Source of the DNA: Ostrea edulis
Taxonomy: Eukaryota
Assembly: GCF_947568905.1 (NCBI RefSeq)
Contig: NC_079171.1
Coordinates: 20,274,001-20,338,000 of the forward strand
Length of the DNA: 64,000 nt
Direction of reading: 5' to 3'
Below, in pieces: positions 57,680-64,000 of this stretch (positions are counted from its first letter, which is position 1; every line of letters begins with the position of its first letter). The notes beneath the pieces are model-generated. The model searched no databases. It saw only the letters and a list, made by a program, of their open reading frames with translations, and had not been told where the DNA came from. The position numbers and the translations under genes were made by a program.

Positions 57680-60600
57680 ATGAAACCACAGTAAGTACAT
57701 ATACTTTTCTAGTAAATATCGAGTCAAGACGAAAAATCTCGGAAATGATTTGTAGATCGGCCTATTTTCTCGCGAATATTGTATTGATATTGATTTCTGT
57801 TACCAAAAATTAGTAAAATAATGATTCCAGATTTACTGATCTGTCATATCCACAGAAATTAAGAAAGATTTTCATGATTTTGTGATATAGTTCAAGTTAT
57901 GATTTGAAATGTTCAGTTGATACAGTTATGGGTAGTCCGCCATTCCTCTGTTAAAACTGTAATGCTATCATGAAGATACTTCCTAGTGTCTAGACAGGGT
58001 ATCGTGTGAAACCACACGTAAGAAGTATTAGTATGAATATCTGCTTGCAGCATTTTATAGACACTCATACCAAGATTTATTCTTGTATTGAAGGAGAGGG
58101 AAAAACTCCAAAAAGAAAGGTGAAGTGGAACCAGTGGAGGTAAAACTCTAAACATATCTAGTGTAGACCTACTTGATTCTGATCTCTAAACATATATTTA
58201 GTATAGGCCTACTTGATTCTGATCAAATCGAACAAAGCCAGATATACCTGGGGACAAGCTAAGAATCAATTGACAAAAGTACAGTTATAAGCATGTTGAC
58301 CTATAAAATAAAAATTTGGCATAGAAAAGGCCAACACTTTTACAAATCATGTTTATTTCACCAGTGTACCTTGATTAAAAGCATCATGTCCTAGACAACT
58401 TACTATATGAGCTACAGTCAGGTTTTAGGGGATCTTACTCCACTGATACATGTTTAATTCATCTAATTGACCACATAAAATCTCAAACTTCTGAGGGTTT
58501 GTTCACCGGCATGGTTCTATTGGACTTGCAGAAAGCATTCGACACAGTTGATCATCAAATTTTATGCGAGAAATTATCTTCTCTCGGAGTTGAATCTATT
58601 TCTTGGTTCCAATCATATTTAACACAGAGAAAACAAATTGTTAACATCAATGGAGTTAATTCAGAAGTTTGTGATGTCACCAGCAGAGTCCCTCAGGGAA
58701 ACTTACTAGGGCCACTTTTATTTCTTATTTATGTAAATGACATGAAAATTAGTATTGATGCAGATTGCAAGGTTTTATTATATGCAGACGACTCAGCCAT
58801 TCTCTATTCACATAAAGACCCTAAAGTAATTTCAAATAAATTGTCTTCTGTTATGGAGTCGTGCCACAACTGGCTAGTTGATAACAAATTGTCCCTTCAT
58901 TTGGGCAAAACAGAGAGTATAATTTTTGGACCCAAGAGTAAATTATCTCAAGCAGCTGAAGATTTTTGTGTTAAATGTAACAATCACACTATTGGTGCTC
59001 AAAACTGTATAAAATATTTAGGTATTTTTATAGATAATAAACTAAGTGGAGAAAGCATTGTTAACTCCATAGTTAGAAAGGTGATTAAAAGATTGAAATT
59101 TTTATACAGAAATAGAGGTTGTCTTTCTTTATCATCAAGAAAATCCTTGTGTACAGCTTTACTCCAATGTCATTTAGATTATGCATGTGCCAGCTGGTTT
59201 GAGGGTCTCACAAAGTCAGGGCTTTCAAAAGTAGCCGGTAGCCGGCAGATTTCCGCCGCCTATAGTAACATTAGGTGCCGGCTACTTTAGTGACAAAAAT
59301 GTATGTCCAATGAAAAAAACTTTTATAAAACTTTAAACATCTTCCAAACTTTAGTAGACTCAGAAATCGCGGTCGTATCAACCAGGATGTAAAAACGTGT
59401 TTATTTGCACTAAATTTAGTTCAGGTAAATACCGGCAGCTGATTGGTCGTCTGTTGGTGTAGAAAATAATACGTCAATTGCAATAGTCCGAAAGCCTCGG
59501 ATTTACCCAATTCGTGACAACACAGACGAGAAGTTCCGAAAGATAACAACAAGTCCTGAACGTAAAATCAATTATGTTGACGGAATGAAGAGAACAAATA
59601 CTCTGTTCAGTTTCGGCTTTAAAAAGGCCAGAAGTGAAAGTGATACGAGTATAATATCAATCAACAATTTTAAAGCGAAAACAGAATTTAATCAGGAAAG
59701 ATTTCAGACTTGCTATTCTTTTTAATTTGCAAATGCCCATGTACGTGGTATTAAATAAAAACGAAAGTAGTTTTTCAGCACAAATTCGCTATGTTACCAA
59801 CAAATCTGTAGCTGTTAACTTGAATTTGTGGAAAAATAAAATTATAGGTCATTTAAATGTTACTTATTAATTTGTAATAAAGATTGTTTGGGTTTTATTT
59901 TTAAAAAATATTGGGGTGAGCAAAACATGCAGTTTAGTTCATTTCAACAATACTTTCTGCATGTAGAAACTTTCTTACAAAACAATTCAGTCTTATAAAC
60001 TTTCAGTCCAAATGTAGAAATAAAAGTGAAAGTTTCTGTTCAAGCAAAGACACTTAAAAATTAATTGATACAGCATTGCAAAAAATAATTACATGTAGTT
60101 ATCTTGATGCACTTTATTTTTCATTTTGCATCAAAATTAGTACTTTGCAATGTTGAATTTTTTAAGTCTTTGCATGAACAGAAAATTTCACATATGAAAC
60201 AATAAATTCATGACAAAAGTAAAAATTTCAGGCAAAAAAATGACAATTTCAAAGCTGCATTTAAGTGCCAGGAAACCGCCAGAATACACGATTTTGCTTC
60301 ATTTACCCCAGGCCGTAAGGGCGCCGAGCATTGGATCGCCTTCTACTTTTTCATTTCAGCCTCCTACTTTTAAATTTGTTGAAAGCCCTGCAAAGTGTTT
60401 GAAAAAGAAACTACAGATTTCACAAAACAAAATGATTTGTTTTATCTTAAATCTTAATCCAAGACATAATTTGTCATTCAGAGAATTTGATGCTTTGAAA
60501 TTTTTGAATATTTCTCATAGGGTTAAGCAGCTCAGACTCAATCACATGTATAACAGATTTTAAATACTGTAAATGTATAATATAAGACGTTCCTAGCAAA

Positions 60601-62030
60601 AAGGGCTCTGAAGTATTTTAGTGCTAAATTGTGAACTAAAGAGAACAATCCCTCAAAATACTAAAGCAACGTTGATTGTCATAAAAATATTACAGTCAAT
60701 CAAAGATGACAACCAACTCGTGATTGGTAAATCTTGAACCTTTTCTTTACAAGTACATGCAAAAACAACGTCATTATGATGTTTATTGAAAATCATTGTT
60801 GGATAAGATAAGGGTATAAGTCCGTGTCAGAGTGGAACCTGTACATCACTGTTAGTCTTACATACACATGATACAAGTCAGAGGTGACGGAAAAAAACAT
60901 TTAAAAAAACTACCAGTCCTGTAGAATGAGGAAAATTTAGTCAAACTACCAGACTAATTTAATATTTTACTAGATAGAAGAAAAAAACTTTATATAAAAA
61001 AAAATTTCAACTTTGTTTATTCTTAATCAGTGACTGTGATAGTTTGTTATCATGTTTAACACTTATTTCCAATATGATGTTTAAATATTTAGCATTAATC
61101 TATTGATATTCGGTTCATTTTCCATCATCACTCTCAATATCTGAATCACCATCACTCTCATTATCTGAATCATCATCACTCTCAATATCTGAATCACCAT
61201 CACTCTCAATATCTGAATCACCATCACTCTCAATATCTGAATCACCATCACTCTCAATATCCGAATCACCATCACTCTCAATATCTGAATCACCATCACT
61301 CTCAATATCTGAATCACCATCACTCTCAATATCTGAATCACCATCACTCTCAATATCCGAATCACCATCACTCTCAATATCTGAATCACCATCACTCTCA
61401 ATATCTGAATCATCACTCTCAATATCTGAATCACCATCACTCTCAATATCTGAATCATCATCACTCTCAATATCTGAATCACCATCACTCTCAATATCTG
61501 AATCACCATCACTCTCAATATCTGAATCACCATCACTCTCAATATCCGAATCACCATCACTCTCAATATCCGAATCACCATCACTCTCAATATCTGAATC
61601 ACCATCACTCTCAATATCTGAATCACCATCACTCTCAATATCTGAATCACCATCACTCTCAATATCTGAATCATCATCACTCTCAATATCCGAATCACCA
61701 TCACTCTCAATATCTGGTATTAAGTTAACAATGTCAAACCATGATATCATTCAGTTTTTTTTTTACCACACAGGCTTTTTATTATTTATTGATTTTCATC
61801 CTTTCTGCTTCCAATTTCACTATATTGTCCAACCATTAGATTTGCCACAATTGAAAATAAAATGACATGCATATAAATGAAAGTACATATTATAGTGGGC
61901 TGGAACTAGCGTTATTTCAAGTTCTGTAATGTTGCAGGTGTACTGCCGTGTCCGTCCACTAGACAATCCAGATGACAACTGTTGTGTAAAACCGCTCGGC
62001 ACCACTCTTGTCCAACTTATACCACCAGAG
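57680..62030 (+). CDS. KIF23: First three coding exons of a kinesin-6 (KIF23/MKLP1-like) gene; the rest lies outside the window or is lost
   Basis: Exons 57680-57690 (ATGAAACCACA|GTAAGT), 58094-58139 and 61938-62030 give [50 protein letters not shown]. This matches the KIF23 N-terminus pattern (D/E)PVxVYCRVRP...CC...TTVQL..PE. Confidence 0.75.
58395..60600 (+). mobile_element. CR1/L2-type LINE RT fragment in KIF23-like intron 2, split by a DNA transposon
   Basis: [43 protein letters not shown] and KYLGIFID; the frame resumes after 60390 as LTK|[14 protein letters not shown]. Confidence 0.92.
59217..60390 (+). mobile_element. Internally deleted hAT-like DNA transposon with a 6-bp TSD
   Basis: TIRs CAGGGCTTTCAA...TTGAAAGCCCTG; CAAAGT duplicated at 59211-59216 and 60391-60396; internal [14 protein letters not shown] resembles a transposase N-terminus. 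Confidence 0.8.
61122..61716. repeat. 24-bp minisatellite, ~25 copies (minus strand reads (DIESDGDS)n)
   Basis: Unit ATCACTCTCAATATCTGAATCACC, with one 21-bp variant. Confidence 0.95.
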
Positions 62031-62055
62031 GTAGGGCAGTATCATATTGTTTCTT

Positions 62056-62240
62056 GTACCGGTATAGCCAGCTTGTTGCACCAGAAGTAGGGAATATTGA
62101 TTTATTTCAGTACCGGTATAGCCAGCTTGTTGCACCAGAAGTAGGGAATATTGATTTATTTCAGTACTGGTATAGCCAGCTTGTTGCACCAGAAGTAGGG
62201 AATATTGATTTATTTCAGTACCGGTATAGCCAGCTTGAAC
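62056..62240 (+). repeat. 54-bp tandem array derived from the KIF23-like exon 3 donor junction, ~3.4 copies
   Basis: Unit TACCGGTATAGCCAGCTTGTTGCACCAGAA-GTAGGGAATATTGATTTATTTCAG at 62057, 62111, 62165 and 62219. GCACCAGAA|GTAGGG mirrors ACCACCAGAG|GTAGGG. Confidence 0.9.
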
Positions 62241-62825
62241 CAATGTGTAGGGTTCAAAATTATGTAAAAGTACATGTTTTTGTGGTTAAGAAAAATGACT
62301 TTGGCGATTTTCTTTTTTAGTTCTTCTTTTTCTATCTAAAAAATATTAGATGCAAAATAATGCAATGATACATTTGAATGAAAAGTTCGCCACAGCCGAT
62401 GAACTCTTTCCCTCAGTTATGACTTGGTCAGTGACGTTATCTATGACGACAACTAACATTTCTTCACCAGAATTATTATCATATATAGAATATCATTCAG
62501 ATCTGATGTGTTTTAGTAGTCGGTATATCAGGAAAAGTGCGATTCCATTTTAATGTGTCTATGGAATAATTAATTGCTACACCTATGCAGAATCAGGATC
62601 AGATGTTGGATAAGTGTGGTTACTTGTATCTTTTCTGAAGGAGACTATGAGTATGAAGATTCCAGGTTTAGATTTATGCACAGTTTTTCAGAATGATAAA
62701 AACATGAAATGTTTAAGCAATGACAGCTTCTGTTTTATAGTCAAGTTAGAGGGAGGCACGGAACCTGGCGAAGTGTTATATATGAAGTGATTAAAAAGTA
62801 AGTCTTCACGAAAGCAATTAAAACA

Positions 62826-62922
62826 TGCTGGCCAGCGTCAGGATACCCACGGCTGATCTCGTTTTCTACTCACCAGTAGAAGACGAGATCAGTCGTGGGT
62901 ATCCGACGATGGCTGGCCAGCA
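62826..62922. other. Long hairpin / miniature palindromic element
   Basis: TGCTGGCCAGC.GTC.GGATACCCACG.CTGATCTCGT.TTCTACT-CACC-AGTAGAA.ACGAGATCAG.CGTGGGTATCC.GAC..GCTGGCCAGCA: ~45-bp stem, 4-nt loop. Confidence 0.8.
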
Positions 62923-64000
62923 GGACCAGTGAACTGTCTGAATTCACTGGCCCATAGTGAAATTTAAGGCATCCTTCCTGTCGATACCAGAAAACAACAC
63001 AGTACATGGTATTTTCTCTCTTCACATGCAGAAAAGACTAGAAATTCACGTATTGTTCACAAACATGAAAACAGCCTGAGTATAACTTAGTCTTGGCCAA
63101 TTCAACTTAATTAGTAGATTATCATTCAGGGTCACCAAAAACTATGGGGCGGGTGGGAGGATTTTATTTTCTGAGAAGAATATTAATGACAAACGAGTTT
63201 TTGTCAACAGAAGTGCATCATTTAATGCCAGATGGATATCAATCTATGCTTATTTCACAGACGAATTCCAGTCTAAGCTGATTTAAAACACAAAAAGATA
63301 CCAAACTTCTTCAAGATATGAAGAACATTAATCCCTTCCTTTCATTTTCGCCCGTAAGAACGTGAGAAATTAAGAAAACCATTACATGTCTATTTTCTTC
63401 ACGTGATGTTTTGCGTTGCTATACCGGAAATGTAAACAAGTGTAAATACCAGAGTCGAACATGAACATTTTCCGGAAATCGCAAGTTTCGCAACATTAAA
63501 AAAATTCGGGGCAGGCTGATTTATTGGGGTGGGCGGGGATGATAATCTATCAATTAAGGTGAATTGGCCTTATCTATCAACGTCAAATGTAAACGATTTA
63601 TTTTTTCTACAAACTATACCAATTGCATAAAATCTGAGATAACTTAATCTGACAAACTTCATTATATTGGACAATGAAATTACCGTTGTACACAATGCTG
63701 CCATTTTGTTGTTTCAACAAGTTGTTTGTTGAATATTGACATGATTTTTGTACAAGTTACCTTGACAATTACAAGTATAGTTATCGTTCTTTACTTTAAA
63801 AAGTAAACAAACCACGATGTTCAAACACTTACTTCATGTGCTATTCATTGATATATTTTTATTTGGAGGATAAATTTATGCAAATAAGAAGTTTAGAATA
63901 TCTACATCCAATTAATGAGACTTACAAAAAGTCTAAAAGCCCATCAGACTTCTTGATTTTTTTATTTTCACTGACCCGATTCTAAAATTCACTGGCCTTG
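62921..64000. mobile_element. Probable non-autonomous TIR element
   Basis: CAGGACCAGTGAA at 62921 versus TTCACTGGCCTTG at the window end; subterminal CAGTGAA/TTCACTG repeats. TSD not visible. Confidence 0.5.

Noticed and set aside
62580-62790. Possible next KIF23 exon (KETMSMKIP...)
   Set aside because: Apart from KET there is no similarity to the expected TQYSFKQVF / GLLFTYGVTGSGKT motor sequence.

Overview
AT-rich, intron-containing animal genomic DNA, most likely an oyster (Ostreidae). The inference rests on 166-bp HindIII-type satellite arrays inside Helentron/Pearl-like elements and on bivalve-type SINE and Penelope-like tails. Genes reconstructed by hand from splice sites: an orphan Lys/Pro-rich terminal exon (12.7-13.2 kb, +); a secreted two-domain fasciclin (FAS1) protein (20.1-23.7 kb, +); an ER-type (KDEL) type-B carboxylesterase with a GC-AG intron (27.5-29.6 kb, +); a head-to-head pair of related secreted proteins built from 6-Cys antistasin-like modules; and the first three coding exons of a KIF23-like kinesin (57.7-62.0 kb, +). 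Gene A of the pair (41.9-29.8 kb, -) has 20 exons, ~971 aa and 18 modules, mostly one per phase-1 exon, with mucin-like linkers plus one dead exon. Gene B (44.4-53.9 kb, +) has 12 coding exons, ~549 aa, 5 modules and a Gly/Met/Ser-rich region. The most unusual observations are (i) the A/B Cys-module pair, (ii) tandem arrays in three unrelated genes that are copies of their own exon-intron junctions (about 55 decoy acceptors, 10 decoy donors, and a donor+acceptor micro-exon array), and (iii) a 348-bp retrozyme-like unit with a minimal type I hammerhead ribozyme between genes A and B. The rest is nested LINE, Helentron, MITE and SINE remnants. Exon models come from GT/GC-AG sites and frame continuity only; no transcript or database evidence was available.
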